Assembly (NCBI GenBank): GCA_964270895.1
Contig: OZ185446.1
DNA: 64,000 nucleotides
DNA from: Podarcis filfolensis
Taxonomy: Eukaryota
Strand: one strand, 5' to 3'
A program made the translations under genes and the position numbers. Positions within the stretch are counted from its first letter, which is position 1, and the number at the start of each line of letters is the position of its first letter. The notes below the pieces were generated by a model that did not search any database, had not been told where the DNA came from, and saw only the letters and a program-made list of their open reading frames with translations. Shown piece by piece: positions 47,183 to 59,929 of this stretch.

Positions 47183-50100
47183 TTCCGCGGGTAATCAGAG
47201 GTCCTGCACACACTGTCCATCCCCAAAGAGATTGAGGAAGCCCCTGCAGGTATCTCCAAACTCATCCCATAATCATAGAATTATACACTTGGAAGGGACT
47301 TGGAGGGTCAACAATGCAGGACTCTCACTCAACACACAGTCCCCCATCCAATTTGAAATCATATCAAACCCTGCTTTGCAAATGTGCTAGCAGTTTTGTT
47401 GCTGCTCATAGACCAAGTAGTCATGAGATCAATAATCCATATTTGATCCCATTTCCCATGTAGACCAGCTTCGTGAACCTCTTACCATTCTCCAGATCAG
47501 TTGTGACCCTGGCTGCTGGCTTGTAAGATTGGAAAAAGCATTGGCTAGATGCTGAATCATCACAATCCCTATTGGGTTGGTTTTGTACCACTGCTCAGCT
47601 GCACTGAGCTCTGTACCAGCTGCTTCTTTCTTTGACTAGCAGCTAGAGTGCTGCCACATTGTGTCTTGGGTTCCATGGAGCCTAGGTAATGTAGTTCTCT
47701 TGGAAGCCTAAGTCTATACTGTAGACACCAGGTGCCCTGGAAACAAAATGTCCCAGGTCTCCTTGCCATCAGCAGTGAATACCAAGAGCCCAAGAGTCAT
47801 GCCAAAAAGTTTGCATTGCAGTCTTCGCACCTATTCTGGAGAATAAGCTCCATTGCTTATTCATTGCACACAGTGGAGCTTGCTTTTGACTAATTATGCA
47901 TAGGATTTAGTTGTTTCACTCTTCTCCTTGTTTGCTTTCCCAGTCTAAGTCCTAGTCACTTTTCTAGGCTCATTACTTGGCTTTAAGCCTGGCACTTAAT
48001 TTCATCATCCAGGTGAGCAAAACCATACACCTTTTTTTTTTAATCCGGAGCAAAAAAGAGAAAGAAAAGGTGTACCAGGAACTTTGGGTTAGCTATTGTC
48101 CTTTTTTTATGCAGCAGATCGCGCTGAAAGATTATGTGCAGGCAGAAATTTTGCAGCCCCCTTTCTTTTTAAAAGTGTGAAGTGTGTGTATAACTAGGTG
48201 AGAATAACTAATGGAAAATAATGCTTAAGGCCTCAGGCTAGAAATACCACAAAGATCATGAAGGTGACCTTAAGACAAGCTCTGAAAGGATGCCTTGAAA
48301 AGCTGGAAAAGCTAGTGCTGAGGATTGCAATAATAACCATGACAGTATGCCAAGGAACTTATCTCACATTACAAGAAGTGTTAATTGTTATCGAAAGTCT
48401 CTGCTTGTCTCTGAAGAATACATTCCTGGATAAAGGGTGCTGTGTTATCTGTGTCTATCCAGATATGCAAAATTTATTTCCCGCTTCATTGCAGATTGTA
48501 GAAAAACCTCTTAAGTGGTTTACAATAAAATTAAAATTATCAATAAAATCAGTTGAAAATACTTTTTTAAAAAAACACACCTACCAACGGTAAAAAAGAT
48601 TAAAACGTGTCTGGATAGGTGTGCCTAAACAAAATTGTTTTAAGCAGGCACCAAAAAGAGTGCTTTGAATGTGCCTGTTTGATACTAATATTTGTCTGCA
48701 GCAGGGACGGTGTCTTGCTCTGTCTTTGATGGGACTTGTGGAAAGAACCTCTTGGATAATGTATTATTGAAAAGCATGTGGTGTGATGGTGTTGGTGCTT
48801 CACCATCCTAATCCCATGTTCATTGGCTTGTAGGGGGTGAGAGGGGATTCAGATGCAATATCGTCAAGTTACACATACACACACACCAGTTACAAGACAT
48901 TGGGGAAATATGCAGAGGGATATGTGGATTGATGCAGATCCCATCATTAGATAATAACTTCAGTGGTGGAATTCATGATTTGAATGCAGAAGGTCTGAGA
49001 TTCCATCCTGGGTAAGATCTCTGCCTGAGACCCTGGTGAATGTCTGCCAGTCAGTGTAGACAGAGGTGACCTCCATTGACCAATGTTCTGACTCGGTATA
49101 AGGCAGCTTCCTATGTTCCCATATTACAGGAATGGGGAGCCTTTTTCTGCATTCCCTTCTGTAAACCTTCTGAGGGTGACAAGCCAGTGGTGTGTGAGGC
49201 CAGGTGCAAAATTAAGAGAAGCAGCAAATGTACATTTTTAGCTAAGTATAGTAGGCTAGTTTCTACACAATCTATTGTTCATCAAGGCAAGCAAGTTCAT
49301 GTATTGCTTTATCAAGTTACATATGCGACTGAAATGTTGAAATATGTATCTTATCCTGAGATCAAGTAGGAACACTTTAATAAATTAATAAACCAAACCA
49401 AATGAGAGGTAATGTTTTCATCAGCTCAGGCTCAGGTCTTCCAACCCTGCATCCCTGCCTCCAAGCAGTTTCAAGACGCTCAGTTGGGAGAATAAGGCTT
49501 GGCCAACTGGAACCTTTGTGGCCTTGCAAAATGGCGAGAACATTTTAAAAGCAATCTGGAAAGCTCAAAAATCAGTTTCCCATTTCTGTTGCTATTGCAA
49601 ATACCCACGGCTGTGCTTTTTTAAGTGAGGAGAGGGACAGTTTCCACCAGAACCCATCCTAGTTACCAGCAAAGCCTTCCCCCGGATTACTATTTAAAAG
49701 CACATTTAGAATATGTTTCTTCCGAGTTGCCCAAGGCATATGCAAACAAGCATCACTGAAGAACCCAGACATCATGCTAGTTACACAGCATGAGAGGGAC
49801 AGAATGACAAAATTAAGATATTTATGTTGAACCTGCGAGGTGAAACATTCTGCAGGTTTTTAAACTCTCTTTGCCAGACATCAAGGTTTGCGGCAGATAT
49901 TGAGCCACCAGAAAAAGTATCCTTTCAGATGCAAGACTGAAATGGCCCTGGCTGAAGAACAGAATAATAATAGTAATAATAATAATAATAAAAACCTTCC
50001 TTGCAGCATCTGTACTTCTTGAGAGCATATAATCAATAGCCGCAGAGAATTATACTCCTTTTCCAATACTGAATTAGAGAGTTGATATATGTATCACGAG

Positions 50101-50206
50101 CCCTTTGTGCAAACAGGCCTCTTTAACTCATATCCGGAATGAAGCTTGATATTCCTACTTCATTCATGTCAACCAAGATGTTCTTGTTGTTTTTTTGTCC
50201 TCATAG

Positions 50207-50405
50207 GTGTTTTGTACCTTCAGTACGGAGATGAAACTAAACAGCTAAGGATGCCCAATGAGATCACGAGCACAGATACAATCCGTGCCCTTTTTGTAAG
50301 TGCCTTCCCCCAGCAGCTGACAATGAAAATGCTGGAGTCCCCCAGCGTGGCAATATACATCAAGGATGAGAGCAGGAATATCTATTATGAATTAAGTGAT
50401 GTAAG
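50207..50405 (+). CDS. KIAA1217: KIAA1217 internal coding exon, 199 bp, phase 1 to phase 2 (conserved N-terminal SRCIN1/SKT-family region)
   Basis: Acceptor ttttttgtcctcatag|GT and donor AG|gtaagt. Encodes (G)VLYLQYGDETKQLRMPNEITSTDTIRALFVSAFPQQLTMKMLESPSVAIYIKDESRNIYYELSDV(R), near-identical to recalled KIAA1217 and distinct from the paralogue SRCIN1 (GVLFLQFGEETRR...). Phase joins the previous exon. Confidence 0.97.
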
Positions 50406-50711
50406 GTAAGTAAGTAAGTAAGTAATAACAATAATAATAATGTTGCTTTGGTTAGGTTGGGTTGTTAAGACGTGGTACAGTGTCAAAGGGTTACAGATCA
50501 GAAAGGAAGACTTCACATTTTTTTGTCTCTCTAAATCCTCCTGTTATCCAAGCACAACTTTTCACATCTTTCCTGCAAGAGGAATGGGAAAACTCCCAAG
50601 GTAGAAAGCAGCTTTAGCTTTCTATATCACTGGCCATGCTGACAGGAGATGGCTGGAGTGTAGTCTAAAAGCAGTCAGAATGGCACAGGTTCTTGTCTCT
50701 GTTTTAAATTA

Positions 50712-51092
50712 CCGTATTTTTCTCTCAATAAGATGCACCCGACCTTAAGACGCACCTAGTTTTAGAGGGGGAGAACAAGAAAAAAAAATATTCACCCCCT
50801 CTCTGCACAGCGCCCCTTCAGTGAAGCGGCAGGAGAAAAGGAGCCCCTTCCATTTCTCCTCCCACTTTGCTGAAGGGGTGCTGCGCAGAGAGGGAAAGCT
50901 GCACAGCACCTCTCCAGTGAACCGAAACCAGGAGAGCAAGAGGGATCGGTGTGCACTGATCCCTCTTGCTCTCCTGGCTTCAGCGAAAGCAAGGCGAAGC
51001 CATGGAGCCTGCATTCGCTCCATAAGATGCACAGACATTTCCCCTTACTTTTTAGGAGGGGAAAAGTGTGTCTTATAGAGCGAAAAATATGG
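50712..51092. mobile_element. Tc1/mariner-superfamily (Tc2/pogo-like) MITE with two internal hairpins
   Basis: ta|ccgtattttt ... aaaaatatgg|ta ends, and repeated taagaYgcac subterminal motifs. Confidence 0.82.
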
Positions 51093-51249
51093 TATAGGAA
51101 GAGGAATATGTATATGAGCGGCTCACTTTTCCTGTTGTGTCTGAATCAGTATATTGTCTTAAGACGCTCCGAGCGTAGATCCATCCTTGAAAAGTGGCTA
51201 ATAGTGTTGTGGATGTGTGAACTATCCTTTGTGCCCCAAGACTGTTGTA

Positions 51250-51427
51250 CACACTACACCTTTAAAGCACCTTCAAAGCACATTTTCCCCCTCAAAGAAT
51301 TCTGGACACTGTCATTTGCTAGCATTGCTGGGAATTGTAAATCTGTGAGGAGTGAACTACAGTGCCCAGAATTTTTTGAGGGAAAGGAACTGTTTTGAAT
51401 GTGCTTTAAGGGGGATGGTGTGTGTGC
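51250..51427. mobile_element. Palindromic MITE, same family as the 12859-14410 host (another copy near 63300-63470)
   Basis: ttaaagcacattttccccctcaaagaattctgg ... cccagaattttttgagggaaagg...tgtgctttaa inverted arms. Confidence 0.65.
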
Positions 51428-52662
51428 ATCCTGAGCTACAGCACGTTGAGGGATGTCTGTGGGCATTTTGCTGTGGTTACCCTTCAGCGCTAACTCTCAG
51501 TCATGCTTAATGTCTAATTAACCCTATGCTTCTTAACTGCTAGGGCAGATCTGTCTCTTCAGCACTCTGCTTTTCCTGACAGGCTGCTTGAAGTCAACAG
51601 CAGCAAATGCTGCAAGTTCTGACTAGTTACAGATTCAAGGCAATTACCAACTGCAGTGTGACTTTAAAAGAAACGAGACCTGTCCAAAAATCCTTCACCA
51701 TGTGTTCTCCCCACCACCACCACCCCCGATAATCCCGGTGATTAAGATCAGCCCACTAAACTTGTAGCTGCACCTGGAGCAAAGGAATTCAGTCTTATGT
51801 GCAAATTCTCTGGAGATCACGGGTGTTTAATGAAAGGCAGCGTCGTTTTAAGAGGACATAAGTGTGTTTAGATTGCAGTCTTTGTGGCCGATTATTCCTG
51901 AAGGAGAAAAAGTCAGGGATTGTCTCAGGTCTTTAATCCATAAACTGTTTGTAAGGTAGGTTTTGATGCTGACTGGAATACAACTGGCTTTTTAAATTGT
52001 TGCATCAATGCTATAGCTTTGTTAACTGTAAACTTATCTTTGAACTTTTTAAAACTAATTTTGAAATGGAAGCTCTTTCCTCCCTATTGCCTTTTGCCCA
52101 TTTTGAGTCAAAATTGACAGAGCTGATATTGGTTAATATGTTTAGAAATGATTTGCAGCTGGATTCCAGATAGGTATACTCAGAAGTAAGTCCTCCTGGA
52201 TTCATAGAACTTACCTTACCGAGCATAGGATTTGGGTCATGGGAGATTGAATATGTGCAAATATTCTCCTGCTTTCTTTTTTAAAAATGATGTTTTATTT
52301 TGGTCTGTATTTATTACAAAAAGGAGGGGAAATCTGAGTTCATTGTTGGTGAAGAACAACTGAACTTAATTGAAATGTAAAATGGGCTTTGCTTTCATAA
52401 GTCCCTGCACCCAGGAGCTTTAATTAAACTGAAAAATATCTTAATTTGAAAGGGTGTGTATTTCTTCTGAAAGAATTATGCCTCCCAAGGGATAAGTAAG
52501 AGCTGAGGTGTCTGTCTGTTGTAGAGAGTTTTTCATTGGTTGGTTCCTACCATGGTGATATCTGAATTGTTAGGGCTAGGAACAGCAAACTGGGCAAACT
52601 AATGTTATTTCAACTCTCTTTATTGCCGATTCTTAGTTACTTTGTTTTGTTCTCAATTCTAG

Positions 52663-52756
52663 GAACATTCAAGACAGATCTTTCCTTAAAGTTTACAACA
52701 AAGATCCTGCACATGCTTTCAATCACATGCCCAGAGCTGTAAATGGAGATGTAAGG
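52663..52756 (+). CDS. KIAA1217: KIAA1217 internal coding exon, 94 bp, phase 2 to phase 0
   Basis: Acceptor ttctcaattctag|G and donor AGG|gtaagt. Encodes NIQDRSFLKVYNKDPAHAFNHMPRAVNGDVR (recalled human NIQDRSLLKVYNKDPAHAFNHTPKTMNGDMR). Phase joins the previous exon. Confidence 0.95.
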
Positions 52757-54229
52757 GTAAGTCGTGGTTTTTTTCTTGTTGTGCTCTAATTGTCTCTTTT
52801 TGTATGATAAAAACCTGCATGGGGTAGCACACATGCCTGCACTTAACTTTTAATTCACCCCCCCCCCAAAAAAAATGTCTACTGTTAAATAATGCCTGAA
52901 AATCTGCCACAATGGCTCCTTTCAAGGGCTGATCGATATTCCTAGTGCAGATACCAATTCTGTTGTTTGCTTACTGGTTAGTAAATGATGGGGAGTCCTC
53001 AACCCTCTCCTTCAGTAGTAACTGCTATTGGTGCTCACCAAGGTGCTTGCTTAATTCAGGATCTCCTAATACAATCTAACACAACAGAGCTTAGGAGAAG
53101 CCTCTGTGAAGTGTTAATCAGGGTTTCCACCAGTGTCTACTCCAGGAGATAACTGTTTAGTCCTGGTGGTGAGAAAGGGAAAGGGATCTGCCATCAGCTG
53201 GTTAACCAAACCAAGACAGTTTATTTGAATCTTAAGATACTTTCATACTGCCTTCTAGGAGGCAAAGCGTCGCTGATTACATCTACACTCCTAACCCAGA
53301 AATAAGCCTTATCGAATAAGGAATAAGCCTTAGAGAATTCAGTAGGACTTACTTCTGTATAGATATGCTTTGGATTGTACCCTCTTCTGATTGGTGTCCC
53401 ATAATCCTTTTCAATTTCGTTGTTCTGTATGGGACAATGACAATAAAAATTATCGTATTGTATCCTTGCTCTCACATTGGTTTAAGTTGGGAGAGTTAGG
53501 CACATGTGCAACTTATGCCAAAATGAAAACCTCGCAGTCTTATGTAGTCGCTTCAGGAGCAAGCCCTGTTGAGCTCAGTGAGGTTTTCATTGTAGGTCTA
53601 ACACTTCCGCTTGTCAATATTGATGTGGATGAGACACAGTCCCAAGTATTTGTTGGTGCTTTGTGTAATTTAAATTGATGTAGCTAGCGGCTGCTCTCCC
53701 TGGCCAGCTGTAAAATATTAAAGCAGAGGTAGGGAACTTCAGGATCTGGGGCCAAATTCTCTGTTAGCCCTTGAATTTTGCCTAGGCTACAACCCCTCTC
53801 CCTAGGCCATGGATCCTCCCTGTTCCTTCACCTCAAGTGGTTTTGCCAGGCTGGAATGAGATTTGGACTGTGGTGATGCCTCTTGCCTTCCTGGATGGAG
53901 ACAGCTCTCCCTCTGTGTTTATAAACTTCTGGGTTCTGCATTTGGAGAATGTGGCCTACTGTACAAAGATAAGAGTCACATCTGTTTCTTTGCCTATGTT
54001 TGCCTCTGGCTACGCCAGTGTTTACCTTTGGTCCTTTGCACCAATGGCATGCAGGCCCAAGGAGCTCTCCTGTGAGTGAATGCAGCCCACAGTCTGGAAA
54101 AGCAGTCTGGAAGAGGATCAATTTGCACGTGGGATCTCTTCAGCATGTGGGACAGGATTCAGGTGCAACTAGTTAGTTTTTGTCTGGGATCTATTTAAGG
54201 CCACACCTTCATAGCCACTGCATTCCAAA

Positions 54230-54911
54230 AGAAGTAATAAATGGCCGCTGGCACAAAATAGCCGTTTTAAAATGGCGGCAAGCTTTTGCTGCCTGTGAGA
54301 AACCCTGTTAAGTGTCTTTTTTTGTTGTTGTTCAGGTGAAATCTTTCCTTAAGGAAAATATTCTTTGATGTATGTTCCCCTGGATAAAATGCATTAAGTG
54401 TATCGGGCCAAGGAATGTGTTATTACCATGTGGGCCGCTTGGTTTTTTAGTAAGTCATATAGGACTTTGAAGCGGATGTCAAACGTTGTGAAAACCACCT
54501 GTAAAAATACGGCCTTTATAACCGTGCATCTGTTTCAGAGTTTTCTTGCACGCCCACTTTGGTGCTTTGCGTTTGGAGTCTGAGTGCATTAAAGCCTTGC
54601 TGGAGTTATTAACATAGCAGGGGCTGGTAATTTCTATATATATACGCTGGGCAGCGAGGTGTTGCTTTCTGTGAAACGGTTTCTCTCTCTACTTCTGCCT
54701 GGCTCTCCAGTGACTCTGTGGAGGTATGTCACACGGCAGGTGGCATGTTAAAATGTGCACCTCTGCCAAGAAAATTCATTTCCTGATCTGCAGCCAGCTC
54801 GCTTGGAGCTGTGATGTTATTAGCTTTCACGAGCTAAGCAGAGTCAGAACTTGGGCAGCCATTGGGGAGATGGACAGAATGGCGTTCACATTCAAGGAAC
54901 GGTTCTTTCAG
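54230..54911 (+). promoter_or_regulatory. Candidate internal promoter and alternative first exon of KIAA1217
   Basis: YY1-like aaaatggcgg (about 54269), TATA-like tatatatata (54635-54644), ATG GAC AGA ATG GCG...TTT CAG|gtaagt. The donor at 54912 is a perfect consensus in phase 0. Confidence 0.45.
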
Positions 54912-56410
54912 GTAAGTGCCTCTGAAAACCTAGCAGGATGGGACAGAGACCTCATGGAAGATGCGCCCAGTTACCTGCTTTTGTTACATTTTAGCTCATA
55001 AAAAATGGGGAGGGAGGAGGAGGAGGAGGGGCATCGGTGAAGCAGCATGGAGAAAACATTAGCAGGATAGTGAAAGGCAAGCTGGGTGAGGTATCTTTCC
55101 CTGTCTCCTTTTCCTTTGACTGTACTTGTAATGGAACAAGTGGGAGTTTTATGTGCACAAAGCAAAGACTTCTTTGTAGGTCCAACATCTATTAACAGGC
55201 GAGACTGTCCTTCCGTCCTCAGAAGCTGGAACTCTTAATGCTTCTCCAGTTGTAATAAGATTTCTCATTCATATATATATATATAGTTAGCTTGACCCAG
55301 TGTGACAGAAGGACCGGCTGCCTTTTTATGCCATTGATAATATGCTGTTGAATAAAGTTGAGTACATTATTAGGGACGACCGTTGGGCGTGGATGATTTG
55401 CTCTCCACTATCAAGTTCAGCTTTCTTTTCCCTTCAAATGGCAGCCCAGCCCAGGGTGCTGTTGGTTTAGAACTGCTCCAGCAGAACAGATTGCAAGGAA
55501 AGAATGTTTGCTGCCTTGGAGGGCAACTGCTTTAATTACTTTTTAACCCAAGCAAGACTTGTATCCGGGAGGATCGGCCATCCTTTCCAGGCGTCAGGTA
55601 TTGATCGTAGAGGGTAAAACCACTTCAGAGGCAAGAAATGCCAAACACACGATCAAAGCCTTTCCATGGAGGTCCGTCCTTGTCCACCTTCTCCTTTTCA
55701 TCTTCCCATTTTCCAATTTACTCATTTTCAGAAGGAGCAGCTGGATTTAAGGGTTATCTCTTCTATGGCTTCTATTCCTCAGACATACATATCCCTTGCT
55801 TAAATCTAAGGAAGCGGTTTTTTTTTCCCCTTCTGGAAAATGTTATTACCCTTGCTGTTTGGGGGGGCGGGGAGGGGAAACTCAAGGTATTAATTCATTC
55901 CACTTCCTCACTGCATACGCAGTTTCTTTCAGGAAGAGTAAATTAATAATAAGTGCCACTGTGTCTAAAGTTCAGGTGCAGACTGTTAAAGAGCCACACT
56001 GAACCCTTTCTTTCACTGGAAATGGGATTGTATCTATTTGCTGATGAAAAACTGATACCTGCCACATGTATTACATTGATGCCTTACCTTCCTGTTTTGC
56101 GCAGCTTAAATTCTCTATTCACTCACGTATTTGCAAAAACAATGACTTCTAGCCAAGGCATCTGCTGTCATTAGGGCAACTTAGGCAGCTGTCTAGGGCA
56201 CAGACCTCAAAAGAGACACAGTTATATTCAGATTAGGTTTTTTGTTATATCTTGCGCGTGCACACACACACACACGCTATCTGTATTTGGGGTGCAAGTA
56301 GTTAGCCTTGCCTACATCACAAAATATCCTGGCACCAGCACTACTTCTAGCATTAGGTAAAGTTCCAGTTCCATCACCAGAACTGTAAGAAGTGCTCATG
56401 CAGTTGTTTG

Positions 56411-56641
56411 CAGTGGTACCTCTGGTTAAGAACTTAATTCGTTCTGGCGGTCCGTTCGTAACCTGAAACCGTTCTTAACCTGAGGTACCACTTTAGCTAA
56501 TGGGACCTTCCACTGCCGCCGCACGATTTCTGTTCTCATCCTGAGGTAAAGTTCTTAACCCGAGGTACTACTTCTGGGTTAGCAGAATCTGTAACCCGAA
56601 GTGTTTGTAACCTGAGGTGTTTGTAGCCCAAGGTACCACTG
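56411..56641 (-). mobile_element. Tigger-like MITE, family A, opposite orientation
   Basis: The interior is the reverse complement of the other copies (ctttagctaatggg, ctgttctcatcctgagg). TG/TA flanks. Confidence 0.9.
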
Positions 56642-58443
56642 TACAGGGAAAACCCACCACTTGGTAACTTTTACATATTACTCCCCCCCCCACACACAAA
56701 TGATTAAACTTTCTGGTGAAGGTTTCCCCCTAGTGGCCAGAACTTCCAGTATTTCACCAAAAAGAGAGGAGGAGGGGAAATACAGTATATTTATTTATTT
56801 TAAGCAATTTCCACATTTTTGAAAGCCGTCTTTCCAATAAATGATGTTCTTCTCAAACCCAATTTTATGCAATCTGTAATTTCATCTAATGGCCGTTACA
56901 TACTTTCCCCTGAATAATCTGGGTTACATTCCTGAGGAACCACTGTTTGTAGAAGGATTGTTCAAGACTATGGGCCCCAAATCTGCCAGTGACTGTTTCT
57001 GTGGCCTTGGGCAGTCTCAGTTCTGGTAGCTATCTATGAACAGGAATAATAGTGGCCTATCTCACTGGGTTGTTTAGAGGATAGATGCAAAGGCACGTTA
57101 CACTTTAAAATGAGTATGCTATAGAAATGATAAATAGGGGAGAAACGGTGGCATGACTGGCTCTGGAGCATCAGTGAACTGAGCTGCAAATTTGATGAGC
57201 CGTGAAACTGTGTCGTATGATTGCAGCAAAAAATGCATCAAATTTAAACTAGATGTGCAGAATCCACAGGACCGCCAAAGACATTCAGGAGCGTAAACTG
57301 CGCCCCTCCTGCTGTTTTAATTTTTCTGGAGCTTATTGTAGCCAGTGCATGTCGTGAGCAGAACTACATTAAACACGTATTTTAATTTAACTTTTATTAA
57401 ATGTGAGAAAGTCATAACTAAATAAAGACTTTCAAGAAGCTCCCTGAAATGCTGCAGATCCTTCCCCTCCATGTTTCTGATGACAGTTGTAGGACTGAAT
57501 GAAATGAGAGCACGAGACCAGCTCCACTGAATTGAGAGACGGAGAAAGGGGGAGAATTAAAATTAGGTCAAAACCGGAGATTGCGCAGATGTTATTTATT
57601 GCTTGAAACTTAGTGAGTATATTTGTTCTGCATGGTTTTTTGGGGGGTGGGGTTTATATTATATCACTGATAAGCAAAGTTATATATTGCCTTGACCATT
57701 TTTCTTCTTGTCTAGTTTTGTGCCTGCCCACCATGAAACTTCATGGCTAGTAAGAATATATTAACAGCCTATATAAAGCAGTTGGGTATGTTTCCTACAT
57801 TTGCAAAGTGGAATGCTTGTGTTTGGACATCCTAAGGGCCCAAACAGATGGATGACTTCAGTTTCTGCTAATGGCAAATGACTAAATTTCTGTTAATGGC
57901 AAAAGACTGCCGAACATACAGAAACGAATCCCTCTGGCCCCCCAAAATGGTGGGGTGCAAGTATGCTGCTGTCTTGGGTTGTGTATGCCATAGCTCAGGC
58001 TACAATGTGCTCCCAACTGCTGGTGCTTGAAGCCATGTACACGTGGAGGTTAGCTACAATCCATAACTATCTTGTTGTTTCTTGTGAGATGCTGCCGTTT
58101 GATGCATTTCCCTTCCAACTAGCTTCCATCAGATCTGAAGATGCGAGGTACATTCACTTCTCAGTTAAGCTGAGGTGTGTACATTCGCGTTAGCCGTTGC
58201 ATGTGCTCAGAAAGCAGTTCATTCAATAGGAGGGGAGCTGCGGGGACGGACGGTTGCAGGCATGAGGAAACCAAGAATAAAATGTGTGTTGGGTGAAGAC
58301 ATTCCCACCCCCTTTCAGGTGTGTACAACAATGGGCAAATGTGACTTGAAATGCAGAATTGTGGGGGTGGGTGGGTGTCCTCACTGTGCTTTATGTAGCC
58401 TTGGCACTGGAGAGCATCCCTGAGAAAATGGGGCAGCGTGTCA

Positions 58444-58477
<34 letters not shown>

Positions 58478-58879
58478 AGTGGCCAAGTGTAGTGGCTGGC
58501 TTACTTCTTTCATCCCTTCAGCCTGGGGCTCAAAGGATCAAGGGAGAATTGGGCTCAGAGGATGCACTCCAAGGGCTCTTTTTGCAGTAAGCAGGACTGC
58601 CCTGTCCCTCGTGCTCATTTCAGTCAGTATCTCATCTATATAGATCGGTTGTAATATTTGGAGGCTTTTTAGGGGGGGTTGGGGGGGAAGGCCAGCAGCT
58701 GAGGATATGATAGAAGGGTATGAGTTTTCTCCCACTCTCATAATGCTAGAACTCTGAGACATCCAATAAAGCAGAGTGATGGAGGTCTCGGGACGCACAA
58801 AAGAGAGAACTTCACACAAAGCATAGTTAACCTGTGAAATCCGTTCCCTGAAGATAGAGCGATGGCCACCCTCCTCGTG

Positions 58880-59080
58880 GAGGATGAGGCTGTCAGTGGC
58901 TGCTAGCCACAATCTCCCTTCACTGTTGGGGGCAGCAGTGTTTCTGAATTCCACTTGCTGGAAACTGCAGAAGGGGCAGAGGGTGTCCTTCCTACAGGCA
59001 TCCGGTTGGCCAATGTGGGAACAGGATGCTGGGCTAGATGGACCTTTGGCCACATCCAGCAGGGCTCATATGTTCTTATA
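58880..59080 (+). mobile_element. Old CR1/L2-class LINE 3' tail remnant (related copies near 3255-3375, 17555-17695 and 43095-43195)
   Basis: Recurring motif tgtgggaacaggatgctgg.ctagatgg.cc.ttggcc...ccagcagg.ctc.t.t.tt.tt. Confidence 0.55.
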
Positions 59081-59399
59081 TTCAATAAATTAAGCCGGAA
59101 AAGAAAGATGAAAAAGTGCTTCCTTCCCACCCACACACCCCACCCCCCTTTCCTTTTATTTTGAAGGAGGAAAGAGAAGAAGTCAGGCAAATGTCCTGGA
59201 TCAGGATTGCAGAACTGCCAGCAATCCCTGCAAACAAGTCGTTTGTTTTAGAGTTGCAACACTGGACCCGTTATCTGGCGCAGAAAGCAGATATTTAAGC
59301 AATTAGTATTTTTTAAAGTCTGGTATGACTGAGGCTCCTTCGAATTGGTTTAAAAGGTCCCATATGGTGCTTCTCTGCTCCTGCTACTTGGCTTGGGAC

Positions 59400-59929
59400 T
59401 CTTGTTTACTTTAGGGGAGAGATGTGACTGCACGTCGGCTCGATATCGACTGTCCGCAGGATACCAAACCTCATCCTTCCCGCAGCATCGCTGTCTGCTT
59501 CTTTCTAGTGCTTTGTCATTGAGAGGTTATGACAACACAAGCCATATTGTATTTATAAACATCACGTGTTTCCTTGCCATGGCTTGTGGTGTCTGCCAAG
59601 CAGAACACATGGAAGAAGCATTTCTCGTTAGCTCAGCATTGGTTTTGGTTATCCTGATTTCCGGAACAGGGCAGGAAAACGCCGCCTATGCTCAGATTTA
59701 ACTTTTGTGCAGTGAAAGCAAAAGCTTCCAAATGGCCGTGAAATCGTTTGAATGAGGCGGCAGCTCCTCCTTCAGACCTCCTCATTTTTTTTCCTGCTGA
59801 AACTTCTCTCGGCAAACGGGAGCATGTCAGTTCAGTTTTTTGGGAGACCTGAAGGGCTGCATTAGACACAAGTATTGCACTACCTCAAAGACCCCTGCTA
59901 GAAAAGTGAGCGTTTCTGGAGCATGTAAG
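59400..59929 (+). promoter_or_regulatory. Candidate second internal promoter / non-coding first exon
   Basis: Locally CpG-enriched non-repeat sequence with an E-box cacgtg, an ETS-like ttccggaa and gtatttataaaca, ending in a strong donor AAG|gtaagc at 59930. Confidence 0.35.

Noticed and set aside
50207-50405. Assignment of the exons to SRCIN1 (p140Cap)
   Set aside because: The peptide matches recalled KIAA1217 nearly exactly (YGDETKQLRMPNEIT...LESPSVAIYIKDESRN). SRCIN1 reads FGEETRRVHITHEVS...LKSPNTAILIKDEARN.
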